IMG/VR virus record: IMGVR_UViG_3300023174_005338
Span: 124,001 to 188,000 of that record
Length of the DNA stretch: 64,000 bases
Reading direction: 5' to 3' (one strand)
The notes below the pieces were generated by a model. It saw nothing but the letters and a program-made list of their open reading frames with translations, was not told where the DNA came from and ran no database searches. Every line of letters begins with the position of its first letter. Position 1 is the stretch's first letter. Positions 36,689 through 46,550 of this stretch are shown piece by piece. The position numbers and the translations under genes were made by a program.

Positions 36689-37606
36689 ATGAAAATGCTG
36701 TTGTTAACGCTGGGCATGATCTGGATTTCGGCGGTTCAAGCTCAGGAAGTCATACGCATACAAACTCCTTACGCGGCCAGCCACAGTGGTACTCCGGCCA
36801 TGTTGCGTATCATCGAAACATCCAATAACATTCAAAAAGACTATGTCTTTGTGCTGGAATTCCGTCCTGGCGGTAATCAAGTCATAGCGGTCAAACAAAT
36901 GGATCAAGATCCACAGCGCAATTTGGCCATTATAGCAGCATCGTTTGTAGAAAATACCGAACAGAAAATTTTATCGGCCGCAGACTATATTCCTGTTTGG
37001 AGTTTGGGTGATGCCTGCTGGATGGTCATATCTACTGTAGCTCGTAGTTCATCAATTTTTGGACTCAGAGATTCCCAAGAGCTCACAGTGGGCACTGTGG
37101 GATTTGGCAATGCCACCCATCTCACTGCCTTGCAGATTGGAAAGAAATACAATTTAAAAATACGTTTGGTACCATTCAAGTCCAACTATGATGCAGTAAT
37201 AAACATGGCCGGCGACAACGGAGTGACTTTTGGCATCGATACTCCAATTACATTTGAAAATCTACGTTCAAAAAACCCACGCCTGAAGAATTTGGCCGTG
37301 AGTTGTACAAAACGTTTGCCGGAGTATCCAGATGTGCCTACACTGCGTGAGCAAGGTATAGTGGCGCCGTCGGTGATCAACATTGTGGTGGCCAACCAGG
37401 TTATGTCCGCAGATCGTCGACAACAGTTGGGTAAAATTCTTGAACAAGCTACCAATCAAATTGGTGAAACTGAAATAGTTAGAACAAGCGGATTCGTGCC
37501 GCCACAGTTTGATCGAATCAGCGCACAGGAACATTTTACCAAAAATATAGAGTTGATCAGGCGACTGAGAGGTCAATTTGAAAGAGAAATCAAGCAATCA
37601 CAGTAA
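36689..37606 (+). CDS. Second Bug/TctC-family substrate-binding protein (divergent)
   Basis: Signal peptide; EFRPGGNQVIA, VGTVGFGNATHL, LVPFKS, YPDVPTLREQG. Confidence 0.8.
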   Translation: MKMLLLTLGMIWISAVQAQEVIRIQTPYAASHSGTPAMLRIIETSNNIQKDYVFVLEFRPGGNQVIAVKQMDQDPQRNLAIIAASFVENTEQKILSAADYIPVWSLGDACWMVISTVARSSSIFGLRDSQELTVGTVGFGNATHLTALQIGKKYNLKIRLVPFKSNYDAVINMAGDNGVTFGIDTPITFENLRSKNPRLKNLAVSCTKRLPEYPDVPTLREQGIVAPSVINIVVANQVMSADRRQQLGKILEQATNQIGETEIVRTSGFVPPQFDRISAQEHFTKNIELIRRLRGQFEREIKQSQ

Positions 37607-37609
37607 CCA

Positions 37610-37638
37610 TTGACAAGCTGTAAAATATACTGTATAGT
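37610..37638 (+). promoter_or_regulatory. sigma70-like promoter
   Basis: TTGACA-17 nt-TATAGT; SD AAGGAG downstream. Confidence 0.7.
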
Positions 37639-37659
37639 AAACAAATTAAGGAGAAACTT

Positions 37660-37920
37660 ATGTCAACCAAAAACTTCACAGCAGAACAAACCAAAAAACT
37701 AAATCAAGTCATCAATGAAGGCATGCAGGTCATGCACGAGATCGAGACCTTGACAGGCGGACTCAATGACACTGTTAAAGCCATCGCCGAAGAACTAGAA
37801 ATCAAACCCAATGTGCTAAAAAAAGCCATACGCCTGGCACATAAAAGCGAGTTTGGTCGTGAGCAACAGGACCATGAACTCCTGGAACAGATCTTGACCA
37901 CTGTAGGCAAGACGCTATAA
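37660..37920 (+). CDS. T4 DsbA-like dsDNA-binding protein
   Basis: 86-aa helical protein, VKAIAEELEIKPNVLKKAIRLAHK, directly upstream of polymerase. Confidence 0.65.
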   Translation: MSTKNFTAEQTKKLNQVINEGMQVMHEIETLTGGLNDTVKAIAEELEIKPNVLKKAIRLAHKSEFGREQQDHELLEQILTTVGKTL

Positions 37921-37993
37921 ATATCTCGCAGGAGACGAGTCGTTGCCGTAAGCAACATGAATCATGGCAGACCAGCCATAACTGGAGAAATCA
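37916..37993 (+). promoter_or_regulatory. Structured leader of DNA polymerase gene
   Basis: TATAAATA 37916-23; hairpins 37924-35, 37942-56, 37964-79; SD GGAG 37984-87; TTG start. Confidence 0.5.
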
Positions 37994-40651
37994 TTGAGTT
38001 ACATTGACGCACTATTTGATCGTGAACACGATCGCATACATGTGGTTGAACGGCGTGATGGCAAACGATGCTATCAGGAATACGCACCCAACTACATATT
38101 CTACTATGATGATCCCCGTGGCAAGTTCACCAGTATCTATGGCACGCCGGTCAGCCGCTTCAGCACTAGAAACAACAAAGAGTTTCGCAAAGAAATCCGC
38201 ATACAGAGTGGCAAGCAACTGTATGAAAGTGATATCAATCCCATATTCCGTTGCCTGGAAGAAAACTACAAAGGACAAGATGCACCACGCCTGAACGTAG
38301 CGTTTTTCGACATTGAGGTAGACTTTGATCCCGAACGTGGCTTCTCGCCAACAACAGATCCATTCAATGCTATCACTGCTATCTCAGTTTATCTGCAATG
38401 GTTAGAGCAAATGGTCACCTTGGTTGTTCCTCCTCGGCACATGAGCCGTGCGACCGCGGATGAAATCGCCGGCGAGTTTGAAAACTGCATTGTGTTTGAT
38501 CGCGAAGAAGAAATGTTAAAAACGTTCTTGGATCTAATCGAAGACGCAGATGCACTTTCAGGTTGGAACAGTGAGGGTTATGATATACCCTACACGATAA
38601 ATCGTGTGACTCGGGTCCTAAGCAAAGACGACACACGTAGATTTTGTTTATGGAATCAATACCCCAAGAAGCGTATGTTTGAACGCTTTGGTGCCGAGAA
38701 CGAAACCTATGACTTGATTGGTCGTGTACACATGGACTATATGCAACTGTATCGCAAGTATACATATGAAGAACGTCACAGTTATAGCCTGGATGCCATT
38801 GCTGAATATGAACTGCAAGAAACCAAGACAGTATTTGAAGGCACACTAGATCAACTGTACAATCAAAACTTCAAAAAGTTCATTGAATACAACCGTCAAG
38901 ACACAATGATTCTAGGCAAGTTGGACAAGAAATTAAAGTTCTTGGATCTGGCCAATACCTTGGCACATGAAAATACTGTTTTGTTACAGACCACAATGGG
39001 TGCTGTGGCTGTGACAGAACAGGCCATTATCAATGAAGCACACGAGCGTGGCATGGTTGTTCCCAATCGCAAGGAACGCTACAGTGATGAAGACACACAG
39101 GCCGCTGGTGCCTATGTTGCATTTCCAAAAAAAGGCATACACGAATATGTAGGTAGCATAGACATCAACAGTTTGTATCCCAGTGCCATTCGTGCGCTTA
39201 ACATGGGCCCAGAAACCATCGTTGGGCAGTTGCGTCCTGTAATGACCGAACGATATATCAGCGAAAAGATGCGCAGTGGGTCCAGCTTTGCTGCGGCATG
39301 GGAAGGCCTGTTTGGTAGTTTGGAATACACGGCTGTGATGAATACCGAAGTCGGCACAGAAATTACCATTGATTGGAAAGATGGTGAAGCGTCAGTTCAC
39401 AGTGCCGCTGACGTATGGAAGATAATCTTTGATAGCAACCGCCCTTGGATGATCACGGCCAATGGCACTATCTTTACCTACGAGAAGGAAGCAGTCATTC
39501 CTGGCTTGTTAAAACGCTGGTATGCCGAACGCAAAGAAATGCAGGCCCGACTAAAGGAATGTAAAAATGCAGAAGATGAAGAATATTGGGACAAAAGACA
39601 ACTTGTTAAAAAGATTAACCTCAACAGTCTGTATGGTGCTATTCTTAATCCAGGTTGTAGATTCTTTGACAAGCGTATTGGCCAATCCACAACTCTTACT
39701 GGTCGTGCCATTGCCCGGCACATGGATGCTTATGTAAATGAATGTATCACTGGCGAATATGATCATGTGGGTGACGCAATCATCTATGGTGACACAGATT
39801 CATGTTATTTCTCAGCGTATCCAGTGTTACAAAAAGAAATAGAAGCCGGCAACATGACCTGGAACAGAGAAATCGCTGTTCAACTGTACAACAGCATTGC
39901 TGATCAAGTCAACGATAGCTTTCCTGGTTTTATGGAACAAGCATTCCATGTGCCGCGTGAGATGGGCGATGTGATCCGAGGTGGTCGCGAAATTGTTGCC
40001 AGCAAAGGTTTGTTTATTACCAAAAAGCGTTATGCTGTCATGTATTACGACAAAGAAAACAAGCGTGTGGACACACACGGTAGTCCTGGCCGAGTAAAAG
40101 CCATGGGTCTTGATCTCAAGCGCAGTGACACGCCCAAGGTCATCCAGGAGTTTTTAAGCGAAATTCTCGATGAGGTGCTGATTGGTACAAGTCGTGAGCA
40201 GATCATTGAAAAGATTCGCGAATTCAAATACAAGTTCAAAGAGCGTCCAGGTTGGGAGAAGGGCAGTCCCAAGCGTGTGAACAACTTGACCCGGTATGCC
40301 AAGGAAGAAGAACGCCTGGGCAAGGCCAACATGCCAGGTCATGTGCGTGCTGCTATCAATTGGAATAACTTACGTAGAATGAATTCGGACAAATACAGCA
40401 TGCAGATTGTTGATGGCATGAAGACCATTGTGTGCAAGTTGAAATCTAATCCCTTGGGCTGGACCAGCATAGGGTATCCCACAGACGAGATCCATTTGCC
40501 ATCTTGGTTTAAAGAACTACCCTTCGACGATGCAGAAATGGAAGCCACAGTAGTGGATCAAAAATTAGATAATCTGTTAGGTGTGTTAGACTGGGATTTG
40601 GCCAGTGCCACCAACACAGAAAACACTTTCCAAACTTTATTTGAGTGGTGA
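37994..40651 (+). CDS. Family B DNA polymerase with 3'-5' exonuclease
   Basis: FFDIEVD, GWNSEGYD, YNRQD, DINSLYPS, KKINLNSLYG, YGDTDS, KKRYA. Confidence 0.95.
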   Translation: MSYIDALFDREHDRIHVVERRDGKRCYQEYAPNYIFYYDDPRGKFTSIYGTPVSRFSTRNNKEFRKEIRIQSGKQLYESDINPIFRCLEENYKGQDAPRLNVAFFDIEVDFDPERGFSPTTDPFNAITAISVYLQWLEQMVTLVVPPRHMSRATADEIAGEFENCIVFDREEEMLKTFLDLIEDADALSGWNSEGYDIPYTINRVTRVLSKDDTRRFCLWNQYPKKRMFERFGAENETYDLIGRVHMDYMQLYRKYTYEERHSYSLDAIAEYELQETKTVFEGTLDQLYNQNFKKFIEYNRQDTMILGKLDKKLKFLDLANTLAHENTVLLQTTMGAVAVTEQAIINEAHERGMVVPNRKERYSDEDTQAAGAYVAFPKKGIHEYVGSIDINSLYPSAIRALNMGPETIVGQLRPVMTERYISEKMRSGSSFAAAWEGLFGSLEYTAVMNTEVGTEITIDWKDGEASVHSAADVWKIIFDSNRPWMITANGTIFTYEKEAVIPGLLKRWYAERKEMQARLKECKNAEDEEYWDKRQLVKKINLNSLYGAILNPGCRFFDKRIGQSTTLTGRAIARHMDAYVNECITGEYDHVGDAIIYGDTDSCYFSAYPVLQKEIEAGNMTWNREIAVQLYNSIADQVNDSFPGFMEQAFHVPREMGDVIRGGREIVASKGLFITKKRYAVMYYDKENKRVDTHGSPGRVKAMGLDLKRSDTPKVIQEFLSEILDEVLIGTSREQIIEKIREFKYKFKERPGWEKGSPKRVNNLTRYAKEEERLGKANMPGHVRAAINWNNLRRMNSDKYSMQIVDGMKTIVCKLKSNPLGWTSIGYPTDEIHLPSWFKELPFDDAEMEATVVDQKLDNLLGVLDWDLASATNTENTFQTLFEW

Positions 40652-40652
40652 T

Positions 40653-41609
40653 ATGAAACTCAGTGATCTAGTCAACTACAAAAACATCCTTGATGAAATG
40701 TCGGTGATGACCTTGGAAAAAAATACACAGATTGAAATTTCAAAAATCACTAACATTGTTCAGACACAATCCATACAGATAGAAGACTCTGCACAACTGC
40801 TTAAAAAACGACAACAACAAGTATCAGAATCTTTCTTGTCATTCGAACAGGAACTACAGGCATTGAAACATCAACTCAAACAACAGATAGAAATTGCGGA
40901 AAAACCCTGGTTTGCGGAAAGTTATAGACTGTATGATCAAGAAATGAATCATGAAACATTGGCCGATATAAAATTCCGTAGACCCAATATTGCACAAAAA
41001 ACAGAATTTTTTTATCGTGCAAGGATCATGCGATATACCGGTTGGCAAAACACAGCCATGATAGTGCGACCTGGATTTGAAAACTATGTCAATGACATGG
41101 TCAGTTGTGATCCACTTTACCTAGTGGATGTCAATTATGAATTTTTTCAACCCTGTTTAGCCACATTTAATGAATCTTATCAAAATCGGATTAGAACCTA
41201 CATGGTCAGCGAACGTGAAAATGAAAAAATTCTCAAGCGCCTGCCCGACACACAGTTTGGTCTAATCTTGGCCTATAACTTTTTTAATTTCCGACCGATG
41301 GAAGTGATCAAACAATGGTTGTTGGAATTTTACGAAAAACTCAGACCCGGAGGCATGTTGTTGATGACCGTGAATGATTGCGATCGGGCCAAAGGAGTCA
41401 TGCTGGTTGAACAGCATTTTTGTTGCTACACACCCGGTGGTATGATCCGTGATTTGGCTCAAAGCATTGGGTTCGAAACTGAGTTTGTTTGGCACGATCG
41501 GGGACCCAGTACCTGGATGGAATTTAGAAAACCAGGAACTTGGTCATCCACCCGCGGCGGTCAGGCCCTGGCAAAAATACTACCCAAATCTGTTGCAGAA
41601 TCTAAATAA
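40653..41609 (+). CDS. Coiled coil plus methyltransferase-fold protein
   Basis: YLVD, LILAYNFF, LRPGG post-motifs; motif I degenerate. Confidence 0.55.
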   Translation: MKLSDLVNYKNILDEMSVMTLEKNTQIEISKITNIVQTQSIQIEDSAQLLKKRQQQVSESFLSFEQELQALKHQLKQQIEIAEKPWFAESYRLYDQEMNHETLADIKFRRPNIAQKTEFFYRARIMRYTGWQNTAMIVRPGFENYVNDMVSCDPLYLVDVNYEFFQPCLATFNESYQNRIRTYMVSERENEKILKRLPDTQFGLILAYNFFNFRPMEVIKQWLLEFYEKLRPGGMLLMTVNDCDRAKGVMLVEQHFCCYTPGGMIRDLAQSIGFETEFVWHDRGPSTWMEFRKPGTWSSTRGGQALAKILPKSVAESK

Positions 41610-41621
41610 ACCCCGTATAAT
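41593..41621 (+). promoter_or_regulatory. Dual promoter (sigma70-like with TAAATA in spacer)
   Basis: TTGCAG-17 nt-TATAAT; TAAATA 41603-41608. Confidence 0.6.
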
Positions 41622-41642
41622 CAAACACAAGGAGAAATATCA

Positions 41643-42365
41643 ATGAGAGACCATTTATTAGACTTAGTAGAACACACACATGACCTGGGCGTTATCGACC
41701 TGGTCAAAATCACCGGTGATGACAAAAGCACCGTGATCAACGGCCTAGCAGAAGATCGCAGCGTGGTAGTGGAAGGCACATTTGCAGGTCCACATGCAGA
41801 TTTCATTGGCAACTTTGGCATGCCAAACTTGAGCAAGTTAAAGATTCTTTTGAACTTGCAAGAGTATCGAGAAAATGCTCAATTAAGTTTAACAAGGAAA
41901 GATACTGGCGCACCCGACGGCATCAACTTTGTGAATGCCACCGGAGACTTTAAAAACAACTACAGATTCATGGCCAGTGAAATTGTGAATGAAAAGCTAA
42001 AAACTGTCAAGTTCAAAGGAGTGAACTGGCACATTGAGTTTACTCCTACTGTGGCCAGCATCCAGCGACTAAAAATGCAGGCACAGGCCAATGCTGAAGA
42101 AGTCAACTTCCAGGCCAAGACTGAAAACGGCGATCTAAAGTTTTTCTTTGGTGATCATAGTACCCATGCAGGAAACTTTGTGTTTCATCCCGGTGTGACC
42201 GGCACACTCAAGCGTACCTGGTCCTGGCCAATCAAAACAGTGATTGGTATTCTTGATCTAACCGGTGACAAGACATTTAAGATCAGCGATGATGGTGCGG
42301 CCATGATCACTGTGGATTCGGGCTTGGCTGTTTACAACTACATTCTTCCAGCACAGAGCAAGTGA
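41643..42365 (+). CDS. Probable sliding clamp (gp45-like)
   Basis: 240 aa, alternating beta/alpha pattern, near polymerase; size and context only. Confidence 0.5.
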   Translation: MRDHLLDLVEHTHDLGVIDLVKITGDDKSTVINGLAEDRSVVVEGTFAGPHADFIGNFGMPNLSKLKILLNLQEYRENAQLSLTRKDTGAPDGINFVNATGDFKNNYRFMASEIVNEKLKTVKFKGVNWHIEFTPTVASIQRLKMQAQANAEEVNFQAKTENGDLKFFFGDHSTHAGNFVFHPGVTGTLKRTWSWPIKTVIGILDLTGDKTFKISDDGAAMITVDSGLAVYNYILPAQSK

Positions 42366-43936
42366 GCCAAGACAATCTAACTGCCAAGCAGAATGATTAT
42401 GCTGTGTTCTTGCCGGCCATCTCGGGTTTCTATGCCACATTTGTAGGCAAGCAACGTGATCCGGTCAACGGCCCCTATGTAGATCCTGCCCGTATGCCCG
42501 CAGGCATTCAAGACATGGAGATGATGAACTGGCTCAATGATCAGAAGGGGCTGTTTCCTTACAAGTGGTCCTTGTACTCGGGCGGTCATGCCAACTTGGA
42601 TCTCAACAAGCAAGACTGGTCAGAAGACATGGTTCGTAATCGTGACCCTAATACCTTGATGCTGGGCGATTCAGGTGGATTCCAGATTGCCAAAGGATTG
42701 TGGGAAGGTGACTGGAAGGCCAACTCAGGTTGCGCCAAGGCACAAAAGAAACGTGAGTCAGTGTTAAAGTGGCTGGACAGTATTGCTGACTATGGCATGA
42801 TCCTAGATATACCAACCTGGGTCATACATGACAAGAAAGCGTCAGCGGCCTGCCAGATTACCACCTTGGAAGAAGCAGTAGATGCCACCAAGTTCAACAA
42901 CGACTACTTCATGAAACACCGTCGAGGTGTCAAGAATGGCGGTGCCCGGTTCTTGAATGTGTTGCAGGGTGCCAATCATGCCGACGCAGATCGTTGGTAT
43001 GACATCATGAAGCACTATTGTGATCCCAAGGTATATCCCGACACTCACTTTGATGGTTGGAGTATGGGTGGGCAGAACATGTGTGATGTACATCTAGTGT
43101 TAAAGCGCCTGGTGGCCTTGCGTCATGACAATCTCCTACAAGAAGGCATACATGATTGGATGCACTTCTTGGGCACAAGTAAGCTAGAGTGGGCAGTGTT
43201 GTTGACTGATATCCAACGTGCTGTTCGCAAGTATGTGAATCCAAGTTTTACCATCAGTTTTGACTGTGCAAGTCCGTTCCTGGCCACAGCCAATGGACAA
43301 GTATATCATCACATTGATTTGCCACACAACGACAAGTGGTGCTATAGAATGAGCCCTATCGTGGATGACAAAAAGTATGCCACAGATACACGTCAGTTTG
43401 GTCCGGCTGTGATTGCTGACGGGTTGATCAATCACTTTGATGAAAGTCCTATCAGCCAACAGTTGCAAATGAAGGACATTTGTATCTACAAGCCCGGTGA
43501 TCTCAACAAGATTGGCAAGGAAGGCAAAACGTCTTGGGACAGTTTCAGCTATGCATTGTTGATGGGCCATAATGTGTGGATGCATATCGAAGCCGTGCAA
43601 CGTGCCAATCGCGAGTATGACGCAGGTTCATGGCCAGCCATGATGTGGAATCAAAATGGTGACCATGCCCGATTCAAAGACATTGTGGATGCCATATTTG
43701 CCACTCCAGATCGAGCCGAAGCTGAGTCCATAATCGAACACTATGACCGTTATTGGATGGACATCGTAGGCACACGTGGATTCAAAGGCAAAAAAGCCAA
43801 AAACGCACACAGTCAGTTCAATGCATTGTTCGAAACTGTTGACGAAGACGAATCAGATAGTGTACAATTAGAAGAAGAATTTAGCCCGGACCAACAGGCC
43901 CGATTAGATCAACTCGAACATGATCAAGCACAATGA
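42362..43936 (+). CDS. TGT-fold transglycosylase (DpdA-like 7-deazaguanine DNA insertase)
   Basis: GDSGGFQI, NVLQG, HFLG, SFDCASP, GHN; FolE/QueD/DpdL-like genes nearby. Confidence 0.7.
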   Translation: MSQDNLTAKQNDYAVFLPAISGFYATFVGKQRDPVNGPYVDPARMPAGIQDMEMMNWLNDQKGLFPYKWSLYSGGHANLDLNKQDWSEDMVRNRDPNTLMLGDSGGFQIAKGLWEGDWKANSGCAKAQKKRESVLKWLDSIADYGMILDIPTWVIHDKKASAACQITTLEEAVDATKFNNDYFMKHRRGVKNGGARFLNVLQGANHADADRWYDIMKHYCDPKVYPDTHFDGWSMGGQNMCDVHLVLKRLVALRHDNLLQEGIHDWMHFLGTSKLEWAVLLTDIQRAVRKYVNPSFTISFDCASPFLATANGQVYHHIDLPHNDKWCYRMSPIVDDKKYATDTRQFGPAVIADGLINHFDESPISQQLQMKDICIYKPGDLNKIGKEGKTSWDSFSYALLMGHNVWMHIEAVQRANREYDAGSWPAMMWNQNGDHARFKDIVDAIFATPDRAEAESIIEHYDRYWMDIVGTRGFKGKKAKNAHSQFNALFETVDEDESDSVQLEEEFSPDQQARLDQLEHDQAQ

Positions 43937-44451
43937 ACCGAGACGGACACGAAGCAGTTAGCTTCTTTGTAGGAACCGAAGTAGAGCACACTCCAGCATT
44001 TGGACAACGTACCTTGTTTGTAGTGGGCATACAAGATCCACAGATCGTTCTACAACAGTTCAACAACAATGATTGTGAACACATTTATTTTGGTGCCAAT
44101 CAAAGTTTTCCAGCGTTAGATAAAAACGATGCCGAGGGCTGGCGCGATTGGGAATGGATGATCCGTACTTGTCTGGAACAGATTCCCAACTACTGTACCT
44201 TGGACCTGGATGTGGCACAGGCCGAGGGCTTGCTGGAAAGCAGTCTGGTAGAATTTGATAATTTCGTTCCCATGATTTCGGTCAAACTACCTTACATACG
44301 TCAATTTGGCTACAATGCCACACTCAAACTGGATGATCGAGACTTTCGTGCTACCAACCCCGGAGTGTGGTGTCACAGCCTACATAGTTTACAAAAAAGA
44401 TCAGTGTTTACTGACTGGTCTAAATATACTCAAGATGAGGTGCTAAAATGA
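43933..44451 (+). CDS. Hypothetical protein coupled to DpdA-like gene
   Basis: ATGA overlap; HIYFGANQS, GVWCH. Confidence 0.7.
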   Translation: MNRDGHEAVSFFVGTEVEHTPAFGQRTLFVVGIQDPQIVLQQFNNNDCEHIYFGANQSFPALDKNDAEGWRDWEWMIRTCLEQIPNYCTLDLDVAQAEGLLESSLVEFDNFVPMISVKLPYIRQFGYNATLKLDDRDFRATNPGVWCHSLHSLQKRSVFTDWSKYTQDEVLK

Positions 44452-44675
44452 ATGATGTAAAACAACAAGCAGAAGAACTGATTTATCGCGCCATGAACTT
44501 GCAAGAGTTCACAGTGTTGCGTGATGAGAATGACATGATCCTGGATGGTGTCATACGCTATGATATCCGCCACCGACCCGGCACGCCATACCGTATCACT
44601 GTGCCGGCCATGAGCCAGAAGGAAGCAGAGACACGTGTAGACGAGTGGATTCGTGAAATGAGGAACGCAGGATGA
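44448..44675 (+). CDS. Hypothetical protein (75 aa)
   Basis: Coupled ORF. Confidence 0.6.
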   Translation: MNDVKQQAEELIYRAMNLQEFTVLRDENDMILDGVIRYDIRHRPGTPYRITVPAMSQKEAETRVDEWIREMRNAG

Positions 44676-45115
44676 TACAAAGCGAAAGAAAAACTATAGA
44701 ACGCATCAAGGAACATGCAGAACGCAAGATCTGGGTCACGTTCAGGCGCGAAGGCATACATCGCTACCCAGCTGCTGCCACAGATTCCAAACTATGTACT
44801 GCTGGTGAGTATGATGTCAGTTTCTTGGCCAATGCGCATAGACACATATTCTGGTTCAGAGTTTGGATAGATGTGTGGCATAACGATCGTGATATTGAGT
44901 TTATACAGATGAAACGCTGGTTAGAAAGTCTTTACAGCAAAGATGTATTGGAACTGGATTTCAAATCGTGCGAGATGATCGCAGACGACCTATATACACA
45001 GATAGCCGCACGTTATCCAGAACGTGCTGTATGGATTGAGGTAGCCGAGGATGGTGAGAACGGTTGCCTTATCAAGTATGAACTTTCTCGCCCTAACTTA
45101 TTAATCAAATATTAA
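44672..45115 (+). CDS. QueD-paralog T-fold protein (DpdL-like)
   Basis: LANAHRHIF = LxxxHRHxF; DIEFI, SCEMIA, EVAEDGENG. Confidence 0.65.
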   Translation: MIQSERKTIERIKEHAERKIWVTFRREGIHRYPAAATDSKLCTAGEYDVSFLANAHRHIFWFRVWIDVWHNDRDIEFIQMKRWLESLYSKDVLELDFKSCEMIADDLYTQIAARYPERAVWIEVAEDGENGCLIKYELSRPNLLIKY

Positions 45116-45126
45116 AAGGAAATACA

Positions 45127-45348
45127 ATGGGCAAGCGTGAATATCGTCCCAATCCACGTGCATTACAAACACTAGAAGAGTTGAGCAACTTCCTGGAGTT
45201 CTGTCGAGACTATGGCTACAGATTCCGCGAGGAGGATCTTTACAACTTTAAAGCCTATGCCTGGCAACAGTACAACAAGTTCAGCCAAGGCAAAAACGCC
45301 AAGAACATGTGGGTGGAAGATGCCCGCAGACTGGGACGCAACATATGA
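45127..45348 (+). CDS. Hypothetical protein (73 aa)
   Basis: SD AAGGA, coupled to next gene. Confidence 0.65.
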   Translation: MGKREYRPNPRALQTLEELSNFLEFCRDYGYRFREEDLYNFKAYAWQQYNKFSQGKNAKNMWVEDARRLGRNI

Positions 45349-46550
45349 GACGACTGTTCTACATGGGCCTAGAGAGCTATGAAGCTCGTTACACCCTACA
45401 ACTCACAGAATGGAATCGTCGTGTGTTCGACCGCCGTGGACTCGATGTTGTATATGTTCCTGGGTCGACCATTGACAACACACAGAGCATCAGCGTGGGT
45501 CAGGTTCTAGATGCACACGGCCGCAGTTATTTTTCAATGAGCCAGATGATGAATCTGGTTCAAATGATGCGCAATGGAGAAGTCACCAATGAAGATGTGG
45601 TCTACTTTGAAGACATGTTTCAGCCCGGTATCGAGAGCTTACCTTATATTCTCGATCAAGTGGATCCTAGCCAGCGTCCTCGTATTTTTGTTCGCTGTCT
45701 TGCTCAAGCCATTGATCCTGATGATTTCGTTCATGTGTGGGGCATGGCGGAGTGGATGTCAACGTATGAAAAAATGGTTAACCAATTCGTAACAGGTGTC
45801 CTGGCCACCAATGAAGAAATGGTTGCTCATATGCGTATCGCAGGATGGACTGCTCCTATCTACAATATTTCAGGATTGGCCTTTGGCAAACAGGAAGTTC
45901 TAGAGCGCATAGGCGGTGTACAGAATATAAAACCCTTTGACCAAAGAAAAATGCGTGTGGGCTTTGCTGCAAGATTTGATCAAGAGAAACAGCCAGACTT
46001 CTACATGGACTTGATTGAAATGTATCTAGCACAAGGACGTCACAAGGACATTGAGTTTGCCGTGTTTCAGGGTGGCCCACTGCGTAGCAACAATGCGAGA
46101 TATATTCTGCGAGCCAGAGAGTTGGAAAATCAAGGTCGACTCAAAATCTATGAAAACTTGAAGAAAAATGATTATTACGCTCTTGTCAACGATTCTCGTG
46201 TGTTGTTTAATTGTGCTTTGCAAGACTGGGTATCTAACACAGTATCAGAAGCCGATACTCTTGGTTGCAACGTGTTGTATCCTGCTTATCGCAGTTTCCC
46301 AGAAACCTTTGCTGACGATCCTAATCGCCTGTATGTGCCTTGGAGCATTGATGATGCCTTCCACAAGTTAGAAAACTTGTTGGATCAAGCACATCACAAC
46401 CAGGGCTTGATTTCAGATTGGACCGACGGCACTGTGGATCGTATCGTGGACATACTCGAAGGCACTGGTGAACAGTGGAACCGTGCAGGCAACCGTTATC
46501 GTGACCATGTCAGCCAAGCCAAATATCCGGTAAGGAAAATTGAAAAATGA
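45345..46550 (+). CDS. GT-B fold glycosyltransferase
   Basis: VGFAARFDQEKQ, EADTLGCNVL..AYRSFPE (group-1 ExxxxG pattern). Confidence 0.75.
   Translation: MRRLFYMGLESYEARYTLQLTEWNRRVFDRRGLDVVYVPGSTIDNTQSISVGQVLDAHGRSYFSMSQMMNLVQMMRNGEVTNEDVVYFEDMFQPGIESLPYILDQVDPSQRPRIFVRCLAQAIDPDDFVHVWGMAEWMSTYEKMVNQFVTGVLATNEEMVAHMRIAGWTAPIYNISGLAFGKQEVLERIGGVQNIKPFDQRKMRVGFAARFDQEKQPDFYMDLIEMYLAQGRHKDIEFAVFQGGPLRSNNARYILRARELENQGRLKIYENLKKNDYYALVNDSRVLFNCALQDWVSNTVSEADTLGCNVLYPAYRSFPETFADDPNRLYVPWSIDDAFHKLENLLDQAHHNQGLISDWTDGTVDRIVDILEGTGEQWNRAGNRYRDHVSQAKYPVRKIEK

Noticed and set aside
37994-40651. Intein or intron in DNA polymerase
   Set aside because: Length is ordinary, motifs are contiguous, and there is no C...HN splice signature or homing-endonuclease motif; the insert between motifs A and B looks like an ordinary lineage-specific insertion.
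40653-41609. MKLSDL start as a member of the CTS-like family
   Set aside because: Fits the pattern but lies in the replication operon with no following phi-x-E junction; kept out as a probable chance match and useful control.
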